A DNA stretch of 64,000 nucleotides from Octopus vulgaris (lineage: Eukaryota). The DNA lies in NCBI GenBank assembly GCA_951406725.2, contig OX597817.1, positions 85,188,001 to 85,252,000 on the forward strand, given 5' to 3'. Positions 32,115 through 47,619 of this stretch are shown here, piece by piece. The notes beneath the pieces are model-generated. The model was not told where the DNA came from and searched no databases. It saw only the letters and a list, made by a program, of their open reading frames with translations. The stretch's first letter is position 1; the number at the start of each line of letters is the position of its first letter. Both the position numbers and the translations under genes were made by a program.

Positions 32115-32602
32115 TTTTCGTCCTAAAAAACTTTGTATGGAGTGAATGGTTACCTCTATGGAAATATATACACACACGTTATACATACATGTTTGCATAG
32201 ATGAATATATAAATACATTTAAATATCTATATACACTTTTGGGCGATCTTTCTGTTTCTTAGAGAAAACTTTAGATCTTATTTTCGTCCTAAAAAACTTT
32301 GTATGGAGTGAATGGTTACCTCTATGGAAATATATACACACACATTATACATACATGTGTGTGTCTATATACACTTTTGGGCGACTGCTACTTAGAGATA
32401 ACTTTAGATGTTATTTTCGTCCTAAAAAACTTTGTGCGGAGTGAATGGTTACCTCTATGGAAATATATACACACACGTTATACATACATGTGTGCATAGA
32501 TGAATATATAAATACATTTAAATATCTATATACACTTTTGGGCGATCTTTCTGCTTCTTAGAGATAACTTTAGATGTTATATTCGTCCTAAATAACTTTG
32601 TA
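32115..32602. repeat. Minisatellite with alternating ~166/133-bp units
   Basis: TTTCGTCCTAAAAAACTTTGT..GGAGTGAATGGTTACCTCTATGGAAATATATACACAC recurs at ~32116, 32282 and 32415, with a partial copy at ~32582. Confidence 0.85.
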
Positions 32603-32903
32603 TAAATTGAAAAAGAAATGAATTGAAATTCTAAAAGAAAGGAATCTGTTTACATACATGTGTAAAATGGCAAATGTTTGTGCAGTTGTCCGATGGAACT
32701 TATGTATTATAATGAATAGTCCTTCTTCTTGTGAATATTAATTTGATTAATATGAACTGAAAACCAGTGGTGTAGCATAGGTGATCTTCTAGCAAAAAGG
32801 ATGACCAGTCTGAATGGGTCATCCCTGTCACACACACACACACGCACCCTCACACACACACACCCTCACACACACGCGCACACACGCGCACACACACACA
32901 CAC

Positions 32904-32934
<31 letters not shown>

Positions 32935-33034
32935 TGTTAGCTTACAATGTCTGTCAACAATTGACACTGTCGTATATATTAGCGTGTCTATGTGTCTAAA
33001 GAGGAAGTGGGAGTAATAGGCAGAGTAAAGGCTT

Positions 33035-33802
33035 CAAAGTGAAATGTTAAAATATTGAGTTTTCTCGAATTTTGTCTTAATTGGGGGTGAAATTGAAAGA
33101 AATTTTGTATGGCATGACCCAATGGAAGTTCTTTTAAAAATCATAGGTAAAGTCTAATTGAAGAAATTGTGTGAGTAGTAAATCGTTATGTATTTATTTG
33201 TTTCTGTTTGCTGCTTTCTTTTTTTTTGAGTAGTGTTGTAAGGTAGACTTGCAAAGAGAAAGGAGAAATTAGGGTGATAGTGTCAGTGAAACAGTTCGCT
33301 CCGTTTGTGTGTGTATGCGTGTGCTGAATCCCACACTAAGAAAAGCATTTGACATACACACCAGAATGTGAGTTTTCTCTAAATTTTGCTTAATTGGGGT
33401 TGAAATTTTAAAAACTGGACCTGGCACAACCCGATGCATTCTACTCTTAAAAATGCTAGGTAAATTGTAATTGAAGAAATCCTATATTGTAGATTTCTAT
33501 AAGATACAAAGGGAGGCAGATAAAATCTGCCTTTTATAATAAGAGATATATGTATATATATATATATGTATATATATATATTATAAAAGGCAGATTTTAT
33601 CTGCCTCCCTTTGTATCTTATAGAAATCTACAATATAGGATTTCTTCAATTACAATTTACCTAGCATTTTTAAGAGTAGAATGCATCGGGTCGTGCCAGG
33701 TCCAGTTTTTAAAATTTCAACCCCAATTAAGCAAAATTTAGAGAAAACTCACATTGTGGTGTCTGAGTCAAGTGCTTTTCTTAGTGTGGGCTATAGCATA
33801 CG

Positions 33803-33833
<31 letters not shown>

Positions 33834-34145
33834 AGCGATCTGATTCACTCACGCTATCACTCTCATTTCTACGACTTTCTCTTTGCAAGTTTGCAACGAT
33901 TAAAGTGAAACTAATTCGATAAAACGAGAGAAGTGTACCTTAAACCACTACTAAAAAAAAAAAAACAGCAAACAGAAACAAATAAATACATAACGATTTA
34001 CTCCTCACACAATTTCTTCAATTAGAGTTTACCCATGATTTTTCAAAGTACTTCAATTGGGTGATGCCATACAAAATTTCTTTCAATTTTACCCCCAATT
34101 AAGACAAAATTCGAGAAAACTCAATATTTTAACATTTCACTCCGA
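33035..34145. repeat. Long inverted repeat: two Helitron-like copies head-to-head across a short (AT)n spacer
   Basis: 33330-33540 is nearly the exact reverse complement of 33580-33790, with lower similarity out to ~33035 and ~34145. The left arm begins A|TCTCTTATTATAAAAGGCAG on the minus strand. Confidence 0.8.
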
Positions 34146-34585
34146 AAGCATTGATGTACATGTGTGCGTGCGTGAGTGTGTGTGTGTCATTCCTCACACA
34201 CACGCATACACATGCATATATGACAGTGACAAACACAAACGTTTCAAACAACTACATACAAACACGTGTGTGTTTGTTATTAGTAAAACAGGCGCCAAAA
34301 CACAACTCACTTATCATTCCAACACATTTGCAAAGACACACGGATGGTCGAATTGCTATAACAATACAGAAAAGGTAAATTGGTTTTATTTTACTTTCTG
34401 TGTTAAATTTTTAGTATTAATTGGCGAACCATACATACATAAATATATACACATATTCTGTATATATTTTATTATATAATATTATATATAGATATATGTA
34501 TATATAATTGCAGTATGAAACAGTGTTTATGTATAAACAGACGACACTTATATATAGTTATTAATAAATGTATGCATCCGTTTAA

Positions 34586-35644
34586 CCCTTTCGTTACCAA
34601 ACCGCCCGAAAAAATTTTGGTTAATGTGACCAAGCCGCCCCAAACCGCCCGAATTTACCTATTCATATTTAAATGAGAATATCAGAGTAAATCTCTTTAG
34701 TACATTCGTGAAAACACGTATTATACTTCGTAAACAGTTCAACTACAGTTTTGTACAAAAATCGAAGTGTAATTTTAATTCCGTGAATTATGGGAGATTT
34801 TCCGAAATTTGTTCCTATTGTGTTTTCAAAATTTGTAATTCTGACAAAAAATGGATACGAATTTCATTATATCAAGCAGCGAGTCAGAATTCGAAGGATT
34901 TTCTACTGAAGACCTTCATAAATCTAACTCTATGACTGAAAAAAAAAACCACGTGGTATTTGATAATGAATCTGATGTTTCATTTTCCGAAAGTGAAAAC
35001 AGTGAATCCGAGATAAAGAAAATGAATTGGCACCTGAATGGAGTGAAAATTTAAAAACTGTTTCTTTCGGTGATTTTTCTGAAGAAACTGGACCAAGCCA
35101 CAGACTTTCCCAGAAGAGTAAAGCCTTAGACTATTTCTTTTTACTTTTTCGAATGAGCCCATTTGAAATCATTACGGCGGAAACGAACTGTTACGCTAAC
35201 GTAAACAAAGCGAAAGAAAGGATAGTTTGTTATTTCCCACAACCTTAAATGAAATTAAGGCCTATTTTGCCATAAATATTATTATGGGTATCAGAAAGTT
35301 ACCCAGAATAACAAATTCTATCGTAAAATTTTGTTGTATACCCAATTGAATATTAGCTAATAACCCATTTTCTATAGCGATGTTTGAACAAAATTTTAAT
35401 AATTTTATATATTGTTGAATTTACCTGTATCTACCTGCAATTAGAGTCACTTTGTGACAAAAATTATAGTATAGAATTGGTTGAGAACATTTCATTAAAT
35501 TATCTTCCAAAATTCATGTTAATATATTGATAAATAAAAAAGTTATAGTTTTTTAATGAAACCAGACTAAATTTATGATTACGTTAGAGATTAATTGAAA
35601 CACATAAGGGGTGTATTTTGGTCAGAAATATAGTAATGAAAGGG
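34586..35644 (+). mobile_element. piggyBac deletion derivative with transposase N-terminal relic
   Basis: TTAA TSDs at 34582-34585 and 35645-35648; TIRs CCCTTTCGTTACCA / TAGTAATGAAAGGG; fragments SSSESEFEGFS, FSEETGP...ALDYFFLLF...IITAETNCYA and EIKAYFAINIIMGIRKLP. Confidence 0.85.
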
Positions 35645-35756
35645 TTAAGAAAAACCAAAAAATATTTTATTCTTTGTAAATGTTGTGTTCAAAATAACAT
35701 TTTCTTTTAAGAATGTGTATATAACAAAGTATGTGTATATAACTACGTGGCTTATA

Positions 35757-35797
35757 TCTTTATATATAAGAGTGAAGTTGTGTGTCTGTCTCCTGCT
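35757..35797 (+). mobile_element. Isolated Helitron 5'-terminus fragment
   Basis: A|TCTTTATATATAAGAGTGAAGTTGTGTGTCTGTCT matches the 5' end of the Helitron at 32114. Confidence 0.5.
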
Positions 35798-36807
35798 ACT
35801 GTTGTCACATATAGCTATATTGATATATACTAGCACAGAAAAGCTGATATGACAATGACAATATTGGTGACATATATATTTTCAATTTTCCAAAGCTGGG
35901 GCTTCATTTTGTTACTATTCTGTTTCACTTTTTCTTTTATGTCCTTCTTGGAAAACCCCACTACATGTATTCAGTACATTTTTCTCTTATCTAAATTCAC
36001 ACTAACACACACACACACACACACACTTTCTATCTGCCATGTAGGAGTGGGATATTCTATCCAAGACCATCTGTCATTATTCAGGCACAGTGTATCTAAA
36101 ATTACATTATCCAGTGTAGTCCTCCTTTTTTAAAGACAACTCTGTGTTATTTGAGGACATTTGGCTGCTATTTCAAGCCAGTTGAGTGATCTTGTGGAGG
36201 CTTTGTTAGTTTCATGTTGTGACAGTAGAAATGAACTCCAGGTGAATCCATGAAGCCTTATTATAATTGTGTTACGGAGACAAGGAGGAAGTATATTGGC
36301 TGATATATCTTAATGTTCTAAAGTGTGTTTGTATGTGTGGACCACAGCATGCATATCTTTGAATTTCTGTTTATCTGACCTGGCTGCTTTGTACCACTTC
36401 TATAAATGACAGCTGCGATATGATACAATCTAAGATTGTGAGATGTATTCCACTTGATCGATAGCTTGTTTAAACAATTTCTCTTCTGATTCTCAACTTT
36501 GCCATTTGAAATAAACTTAATTCAACCATTTTCCCTATACCAATACCATTTGTGTGTGTGTACATGTGTGTATTAATATGTATGTATATATATATATAAA
36601 CACACACAGTATCTGTGTACATACATTTTGTGTGTGAGAGTGTACATTTAATGTATGAGGTTGTGTACCAGTGTATATATACATGTGTATTTCTGAAAGA
36701 GCTTACTTTCAAAACCAGATATATGCATTCAGACGGACTTCTGAGTAACTGTAACGCATGAACACGTATATATATGTGTGTGTGTGTATTATATATATAT
36801 ATATATA

Positions 36808-38734
<1,927 letters not shown>

Positions 38735-38755
38735 AAGAAGGACTGGAAGAGCTAA

Positions 38756-39262
38756 AGAAGGACTGGAAGAGCTAAAGGAAAAGAAAAAGCTCAAGCAGGA
38801 CCAAAGAGTGAAACAACCAGGAATAGAAGTGGAACCGCAAAGGATGGAACCAAACAGCGCACACGGGTGTGTATGTTCTACCTGAGAGGTTCCTGCTGGC
38901 ATGGAAAGGAAGGTGCAGGCTGCCGCTTTGCACATCGGGGACCCTGCCACAGAGACACGAGGCAGATGGACAAACCATCAACACAAAGAAAAGGGATGGA
39001 CCACGCACCACCTGCCCCAAAGCGGAGGTACGCAGATGTTGTGCGCGCCACAAACAGCCAACATGATGTTGTCGAAAGAGCAGCTGCTGAGCAACAATCT
39101 TTTTTGTGCATGGCACAAAAGATTGTACAGCAGCTGACCTGGCTTCATCAAACCCAAGCCCGCAGGTGGGACTACCCACTATATACCAGACCACCACAGC
39201 AAACAGACACAGGATGGACACCGCCGGCAACAACGTACACCTCACCTCGATACTCCTACTGA
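38756..39262 (+). CDS. LINE ORF1 C-terminal portion (5'-truncated) with CCCH zinc finger
   Basis: Open frame [11 protein letters not shown]...[28 protein letters not shown]...RRYADVV...SPRYSY*; overlaps the ORF2 start. Confidence 0.65.
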   Translation, partial: RRTGRAKGKEKAQAGPKSETTRNRSGTAKDGTKQRTRVCMFYLRGSCWHGKEGAGCRFAHRGPCHRDTRQMDKPSTQRKGMDHAPPAPKRRYADVVRATNSQHDVVERAAAEQQSFLCMAQKIVQQLTWLHQTQARRWDYPLYTRPPQQTDTGWTPPATTYTSPRYSY

Positions 39263-42210
39263 ACATCAGAGGACTGCAAACACTCAGTAACAGGACAAAG
39301 ATCCCGTTCCTGAGAGACTTTGTTGCATGCAATCAAGCCTTATGCATAGCACTTACAGAAACGCACCTGAAACCGGACATAGCAGATGCGGAGTTACACA
39401 TACCACAGTATGCTGTACTACGGACCGACAGGAAAGAAAGGAGTCACGGAGGTGTTGCTATGTACATCCGTGAGGACCTCACACCCCAGGTCCTCTTGTC
39501 ATACTCAAACTCGGTGTGTGACACACTAATTGTACATATTAGGCAACTTGATGTAGTTGTGTGTGCTACATATCGCCCTCCAGATGCCCCAAGCCATGTG
39601 GGCAAGTTTGAAGACTGCCTTATAAAAATAGAAGAAATTCTAACCACATTAGAACAACACATAGGTGTGCTTCTTATGGGAGACTTCAATCTGCCCAATG
39701 TCAGATGGCCCGAGGGCCTTTCTCTCCCAGGAATGACAAGATGTGAACGAGGACAGGCGAGGTCCCTCCTGAACCTCATCAACACCCTGTACATGGAGCA
39801 GGTAATACTCCAACCAACCAGGGCAGGTAACACACTGGATCTCTGCTTCACAAATGACATGGATCTCATCCATAATGTGAAAGTGACACCGACACTACTC
39901 TCGGATCACAACATGATAGAGCTGACCATGTACGGGCCAAAAGAGAGCACGGACATGCAGCCTACAAGAAACCCTCAAAATCTTTCCAGCTTGAACTACC
40001 ATAAGGCAAACTGGAAACAAATTGAGAAAGAGATCCTCAAACAAAACTGGCCTAAATGTCTCTCCTCGCCAGACATCGACGTGAAACTTCAACAATTCAT
40101 GTCTGTAATGCAAGCCATATGCTACAAATGTGTCCCAGAGAGAAAGGCCACTGTACACAAGAACAAAATCCCCAGAGAGAGGAAAATTTTAATGAGACGG
40201 CGTACGAAATTTTCAAATCGCCTAAACAAACAGATTGAAAGCAGTGAAAAGTCCCGCCTAAAAATAAAACTGTTGGAAATCGAAAAATGTCTGCAACTCT
40301 CCCATGAAAAAGAAAGAGCAGACAAAGAAGCCTGGGCTATAGAAAACATAAAATCTAACCCCAGAGCTTTCTACAGGTATGCCAAAGAAACAGCTACAGT
40401 GCACTGTAGAATAGGGCCACTCCTCGAAAAGGATGGCACACTTACAGGAAAACCAATGAGGGTAAGTGAAATACTGAATGAGCAATTCAAGAGTGTTTTC
40501 ACTCCACCCCTTGGGCATCTCCAAATCACCAATCCAACTGACTTTTTTACCACTGCAGATATAAAATCAGAGGCGGCGACGATAGATTACATCGATATAA
40601 AGGAAGACGATGTAACCAAGGCTATAGATGAAATGAAAACAGACTCAGCTACTGGCCCCGATGGATTCCCGGCAATCCTCCTAAAAGCATGTAAGAGAGT
40701 CCTAGCAAGACCACTGCAGTTCCTCTTTCAGAGCTTCCTTGCAGCTGGCAAACTTCCAGGAAAACTGAAGGAAGGTAAAATATGCCCCATTCATAAAGGA
40801 GGTAGCAGAGCGGAAGCCAAGAACTATAGACCTATCTCTCTGACCTCACACATCAGCAAGGTCATGGAACGAATAGTCAGAAGGAAGCTGATCACCTTCC
40901 TTGAAGAGAATGACTTGCTGCCCGACACCCAACATGGTTTCCGACCAGGGAGAAGCTGTTTAACTCAGCTCCTACAACACTATGACTGGGTGCTGAAACG
41001 GCTGCTCAACCACTCAAATGTAGAAGTGATATATCTCGACTTTGCAAAGGCCTTTGATAAAGTCGATCATGGAATGATATGTCACAAACTGCGTGATCTC
41101 AACATAGTTGGAAAACTGGGAGAATGGCTTCATGACTTTCTGAAGGATAGAAGTCAGGTGGTAGTAGCCAATGGGGCCACCTCCATTAACACACAAATAG
41201 TGAGCGGTGTTCCGCAGGGCACTGTTCTGGGACCACTACTGTTCATAATGGCCCTCTCAGACATGCCCTCAGCCACGCAGAGAGCCACGATCACAAGTTA
41301 TGCAGATGATACAAAAGTTTCACAGGCAATACAGAACCCTGAGGACACTAAACACCTGCAATGTGAGCTGGACGAAATATACAAGTGGGCTGAAAAGAAT
41401 AGCATGCAGTTCAATGCTGGAAAGTTTCAAGCTTTATACTATCAGCATGCAAAACTGAATGCAATACCCAATGAATACACTGGACCCGGAGGGATTGCAA
41501 TCCCAGAGGCACAATCAGTGCGTGACCTGGGTATTCACATGAGTGATGACGCGACCTTTCATGTACATGTTGCTAAACTGACAATGAAATGTAGACGGCT
41601 GGCTGGATGGATTCTTAGAACCTTTAGAACAAGAGAACAAGGAACCATGATGGTCCTCTGGAAGACACTTGTCCTAAGCCACTTTGACTATTGCTCTCAG
41701 TTATGGTCACCATCCAGTGTCAAGTTGATCACAGAACTTGAGGCGATCCAACGAAGCTACACGAAGAAGATAGCCTCTATGCAGAATGTAAGCTACTGGG
41801 AAAGACTCAAGAGATTAAAATTATATTCCCTGGAGCGTAGGCGGGAAAGATATGCCATAATATACATCTGGAAGATCCTGGAGGGAAGTGTCCTGAACTT
41901 TGGCATCGAGAGTTACGCAAATGCCAGAACTGGGCGCCACTGCGTGGTGCCTAGGACTCCAAACCTGCCATCAAGATGTAGGACAAGATTCTGTGATAGC
42001 CTGGGCTTCCGAGGCCCACAGCTCTTCAATATCCTCCCGAAGAACCTGAGAGACCTGCATGGGGTGGATACAGATGTCTTTAAAATGAAGCTGGATCTCT
42101 TCCTGTCAGGTGTCCCAGATGAACCAACTTCACGGCAGGAGGGGCAGATGAGGGCAGCTGCATCGAACTCTCTCATGCACCAAATAGCAGTTGCTAGAAA
42201 GCCCCCATGA
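39214..42210 (+). CDS. LINE ORF2: APE endonuclease plus reverse transcriptase (998 aa from first in-frame ATG; frame open from 39106)
   Basis: APE motifs [32 protein letters not shown] and SDH. RT motifs [53 protein letters not shown] and RDLG. CR1-like C-terminus [12 protein letters not shown]. Confidence 0.95.
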   Translation: MDTAGNNVHLTSILLLNIRGLQTLSNRTKIPFLRDFVACNQALCIALTETHLKPDIADAELHIPQYAVLRTDRKERSHGGVAMYIREDLTPQVLLSYSNSVCDTLIVHIRQLDVVVCATYRPPDAPSHVGKFEDCLIKIEEILTTLEQHIGVLLMGDFNLPNVRWPEGLSLPGMTRCERGQARSLLNLINTLYMEQVILQPTRAGNTLDLCFTNDMDLIHNVKVTPTLLSDHNMIELTMYGPKESTDMQPTRNPQNLSSLNYHKANWKQIEKEILKQNWPKCLSSPDIDVKLQQFMSVMQAICYKCVPERKATVHKNKIPRERKILMRRRTKFSNRLNKQIESSEKSRLKIKLLEIEKCLQLSHEKERADKEAWAIENIKSNPRAFYRYAKETATVHCRIGPLLEKDGTLTGKPMRVSEILNEQFKSVFTPPLGHLQITNPTDFFTTADIKSEAATIDYIDIKEDDVTKAIDEMKTDSATGPDGFPAILLKACKRVLARPLQFLFQSFLAAGKLPGKLKEGKICPIHKGGSRAEAKNYRPISLTSHISKVMERIVRRKLITFLEENDLLPDTQHGFRPGRSCLTQLLQHYDWVLKRLLNHSNVEVIYLDFAKAFDKVDHGMICHKLRDLNIVGKLGEWLHDFLKDRSQVVVANGATSINTQIVSGVPQGTVLGPLLFIMALSDMPSATQRATITSYADDTKVSQAIQNPEDTKHLQCELDEIYKWAEKNSMQFNAGKFQALYYQHAKLNAIPNEYTGPGGIAIPEAQSVRDLGIHMSDDATFHVHVAKLTMKCRRLAGWILRTFRTREQGTMMVLWKTLVLSHFDYCSQLWSPSSVKLITELEAIQRSYTKKIASMQNVSYWERLKRLKLYSLERRRERYAIIYIWKILEGSVLNFGIESYANARTGRHCVVPRTPNLPSRCRTRFCDSLGFRGPQLFNILPKNLRDLHGVDTDVFKMKLDLFLSGVPDEPTSRQEGQMRAAASNSLMHQIAVARKPP

Positions 42211-42301
42211 AGTGAAACCAAGTAGCAACACCAAATGGCGGTGCCCCAGCATGGCCACAGCTCATAAGCTGAAACTAGAATCAATCAATCAATCAATCAA
42301 T

Positions 42302-43043
<742 letters not shown>

Positions 43044-44189
43044 AAGAAAAATAAGTATGTCAATAATATTTCACTTTAAGGGAAGCTTTTGTTCCTTTGA
43101 ATTGCTAAGTTATTATTTTCAACCAGCATTTTATCCTGCTTTCTTCTATTAAAACAAATTCTGTTCTTCATATTGCTAGCTCCTCATTTGTAAATGATTG
43201 AATTTTACCTGCCTGCAGGATGTGAGAGTAAATTAGAACTGCTATAAGAAGCATTATATTTTCATGTTTAATATATTGGGTTAGTGATTGATGTGTCATG
43301 CTGTCAAATAATGTTATTGGAATTCATTGATATATATCCTTAGGTAACATATAATACATGATGCATTCATTTAATCTGTGGTTGGATCTAAAGAATGCAT
43401 ATATTTTAAATTATACATTTTTATCAGCCTGAAATTTGTTTCCAACAGCAATTGAAACTGATTTGAGAACTCTTACTTTGTGAAATGACATGACTCTTCT
43501 CAATATTTTGTTAGAAGTATTTCTGTGACTGGTAAAGGTTATGAAATTTAAAACAAAATAAGTTAGTCTAATTATAAAGACATCAGATATATAATACATA
43601 TGAACATATAATGCTGAATTATGTCAAACAAATTTAGAGAAAAATTTATGAGAGGTTCAGTTTAATTAATTTAGTTACTGTATGAATTACAATCATGTCT
43701 TTTACTACTAATTACTGCAACTTTCATCCTGTATCTACTTTATTAGCTTTATTTATGCCTTTTTTTCCCCTTACAGCAAATAATATGTAGTTCTTTTCTT
43801 TTTTGCTTTAATTGTTTCAGCACCATTACAGTAGGTTTTTTTTTTCAATCCATCAAAGACATTGTGCTTAAAACATTCCTATACACTTTGTTGTTTTTTT
43901 TAATACTAAAAATGCATTAAAGTAAGTGTGTTCTCTTTATATAAAAGATCATGTTCAAGAATTTAAGCTGCACAAATGAGTGGCATTAAAAAAGGAAGAA
44001 GTACTTGATAACTTTTAAAACTTCGGTTTTGTTATTGTAGTCTTAACATCTGAAACTAATTGTTTTACTATGTCACAGAAAAAATAAAAGTTTATTGTTT
44101 TTCTCTGTCTTAAAAATATGACTGACATAATTATCTTTAAAAACAAGGTATTTATTTAACTTCTAATTGTTCAAATAGATTCTTATTGT

Positions 44190-44286
44190 TGATGATGGTG
44201 ATGGTGGTGGTGGTGGTGGTTATGGTGGTGGTGGTGGTGATGGTGGTGGTGGTGGTGGTGGTTATGATGATGATGATGATGATGAT
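44190..44286. repeat. (GGT)n/(GAT)n microsatellite
   Basis: Seen directly. Confidence 0.9.
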
Positions 44287-44449
44287 TTACAACAACAAAT
44301 AGTATTTCAAAATATTTCAGTTATATTGACTGGCTATTGAATTGAAGAATATATTGCTGTTAAACAGATGTGTGAGAAATTTTAGTAGAGGAAAACTGTT
44401 TGATGTTAGAGATAGACATCATCATCATCAGCAGCAGCAGCAGCAGCAT

Positions 44450-44660
44450 TTATCATAATCATTTAACATCTATGTTCCATGCTTGCATGGGTTGGAGGAT
44501 TTGACAAAATCCAATGGGTCTGAAGACTGTATCTAAGCTCCACAGTCTGCTTTAGCATGGTTCTTTATAGCTGGATGCCCTCCCTAAATGCAAATCACTT
44601 TATACTGAGTGTTTTTTAATGGGACTAGTATTAGGAAGATCACCATGCATCTTGCATGAC
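44450..44660 (-). mobile_element. Degenerate RTE-type 3' tail
   Basis: TTTAACATC...CCATGCTTGCATGGGTTGGA...TAGCTGGATGCCCTCCCTAA; similar to 5958-6165 and 61195-61370. Confidence 0.55.
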
Positions 44661-45470
44661 TAAGATTCACTTCAACTGAGCAGAGCCATGGTAAAGAGGG
44701 ATGTAGCTTTATGAAGGGTCAAAGTATGAGAGAAAGAACCAGAACAGAAGAGGATTCTTGTTGCAGTGGAGCCCCATGGTTACTCACATCATGTAAGAGA
44801 GACACAGAGAGGAGTGGCTGGGGTAGAGATGGAAACAGATAAAAATAGTGATGATGAGGTGTCACTGTGAACCCTCAAGTTACAAGAAGGTGAAGAGGTG
44901 TGAGTTGGGACAGAGGAACCAGGAATGTAGGTGGTTACAGACAATTATTAAAGAAAAGGGAAAAGAAAATCTATGTAACATTCATGGATTTAACAGGGGG
45001 AGTAGTGATCATTATTGCTGTAGCTGCCATTATTCATAGTTAGCAGAACATGATTCCACTAAATGGAAATTTGTAAAATTTATCAGAAATATTTTATTAT
45101 TACAAGCAGGCTCACTCAGACGTGCTCAATGGTATTGTTTTTACTAGATATATATTTATCAGTTAAAACACATCTTTATTTCTAAGAAAAGTAATGTCAT
45201 CCTCAAGAGATGCTAGCAGTAGACATACTAATGTGGTGCTCCTTGAGTTAAGGACTTACTTTCACTTTTGTCAGTTTGTTTTTCAAAACATTTTGTTTGG
45301 CAGCCTTTGATGAATTTTTTTCATTTATTACTGAAATTATGCCTGAGACCAACTTGTATGTTTGTAGTTTTGAAACATTTTGTGGTGCTGTTCATTTTTG
45401 TTATTATTGTTATACACACATATAGATATATGTTCATATATACACACATACCAATATATATACATATATA

Positions 45471-45864
45471 GGCGCAGGAGTGGCTGTGTGGTAAGTAGCT
45501 TGCTTACAAACCAGATGGTTCCGGGTTCAGTCCCACTGTGTGGCATCTTGGGCAAGTGTCTTCTACTATAACCTCGGGCTGACCAAAGCCTTGTGAATGG
45601 ATTTGGTAGACGGAAACTGAAAGAAGCCCGTCGTATATATATATATATGTGTGTGTGTGTTTGTGTGTCTGTGTTTGTCCTCTCCAACATCGCTTGACAA
45701 CCAATGCTGGTGTGTTTACATCCCCGTAAATTAGCAGTTCGGCAAGAGAGACCGATAGAATAAGTACTAGGCTTACAAAGAATAAGTCCTGGGGTTGATT
45801 TGCTCGACTAAAGGCGGTGCTCCAGCATGGCTGCAGTCAAATGACTGAAACAAATAAAAGAGTA
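45471..45864 (+). mobile_element. tRNA-derived SINE, family C, full length
   Basis: GGCGCAGGAGTGGCTGTGTGGTAAG (A box), GGGTTCAGTCCC (B box), CTTGGGCAAGTGTCTTCTACTAT, internal TA/TG microsatellite and tail AGTCAAATGACTGAAACAAATAAAAGAG. Confidence 0.85.
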
Positions 45865-47619
45865 TATATACTTACCAATGTATCACATACATACATGAAT
45901 ATACGTGTGTGCATGCAAGCATGTGTGTGTGTGTGTGTGTGTTCCCTTGACATTCAATTAATCCATATTATGCTTAGTACTCTTCTAAAACATTATTCTG
46001 AAGCATATGTATACTCATGTCTAACAACAAATTATTAGTATTGCTAGACTTAAGCAAAATTATAAAATAGACAGACAGATAGACATACAATCAGGCAGGC
46101 AGGCAGACAGACAGTCTGTCAGACAAATAGACAAACAGATAGTGTAAGAGATTTCTTGAGAGATAGATACATACATATATATATGTATAGCATATAATAT
46201 ATACATATATATATACATACATATATTTAGTTTAGTCTAAATATTTATCAATTTATCTATCTATCACCTACATATAATATTAGTAATCCTTCCTTGGCTA
46301 CTGAATAAAATGACTTACTATGGCAAAGGGATTTCCTTAGTCTTGTTAAAGAGGCTACGTTCTATCAAAGTCCATTTATTTCTTATGTTAAACATTGCTT
46401 ACTAATAAGAATGTCACAGCATATGTACAAACAAACAACTGAATTGTTATTATAAAAAGGATATTTCATGTACATTAAAGTTTACAGTGAAATTCTCCCC
46501 AGATGCTTAACAAAACTGGAAAAAGGTCATTGTTAACAGTGTTCAATATGAATTCCATACACTAAGAAAGTAGCAAACTGGAAGCGTTGTTGGGTCAGTT
46601 TTGTTAATATTTTATACTAAATTCACAGGAGTAAAATTTGCTTTGTTTTGATAAATAAAAAAGAACCATTAAGAAACTTGGAATGGCTAGAAATGTAATA
46701 TTACTAAAAGCACATTCTATCTATTAACAATACATGCTTAATTAGATCTCTAACTTAACTTGTTTACTTTTGCTAATCATAGCAGTACAACTATTTCTCA
46801 CTTACAGATTGTACTTTTGTAATTCTAGTGTTGTATGACTGCCCATAAGGAGATCTAACTTATAATATTGTTGTGGCTTCATTAACTTATTATTTCGGTG
46901 CAGTGAGAAAAGATCAGAAATCTGCGTTGGTGGAAATCTTAAGAAAACATTTTGTTTTTCTTTTGGTGGGATTTTTGACATTTATTTCAATTTGTTTATC
47001 TCATAAAGCCACCAAACACTTGGTTCTTTTGTTTTGACAATAAGGCATATTTGTTCTTTAATTATTCATTGTCTAAACTGAATAATTCATTCATATTTTG
47101 AAAGACTCTGTCAACTTGAAAATTTCTTCCTTCTTTTTTACTTTCTCTTTTTCATATCTGTTATATAGTTTTGTAATTTATTTGGAAAACAATGCTGAAC
47201 TCTATTCCTGATCATTTGTTTTTCATAATTTACCTAATAAGTTTACCATTTATACAAGTTTGGCTTTATTTTTGTGTCTTTGTTGTTTTGAAATTAAATA
47301 TCTGAATGAACAAACAATTCCTATATTTTGAAGTAGATTAAAAGTTTTGTTATTTCACAAAGATGCACCAGTGGAAGAAACAATGACTCAAACATGACAG
47401 CTAACAGATATTGAACTTTAGGTCAAATAGAGAATAGTGGAACCATTACATTCATTTTCATGTTGAATACAGTGTGTTGTTCTTTGTATTTTCTGGAGTG
47501 TGATGTCCTGTGGCAGACAATAATGCCAGACACTAAAAGTTAGTTAATGGAGTGGTCAAATTTGTTGAAATAGTGAGATTCTAAAGGATTCTACAGAGTT
47601 TGCGTGTGGTTCAGTATAA

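Larger units (their letters stand above)
38735..42301 (+). mobile_element. CR1-group LINE, 5'-truncated within ORF1, with (ATCA)n tail
   Basis: GC-richer block within an (AT)n tract: ORF1 remnant, intact ORF2, ~70-bp 3' UTR and AATCAATCAATCAATCAATCAA tail. Confidence 0.92.

Noticed and set aside
39444-42284. Antisense ORFs overlapping LINE ORF2
   Set aside because: They are short shadow frames of the GC-richer coding sequence, with no motifs.
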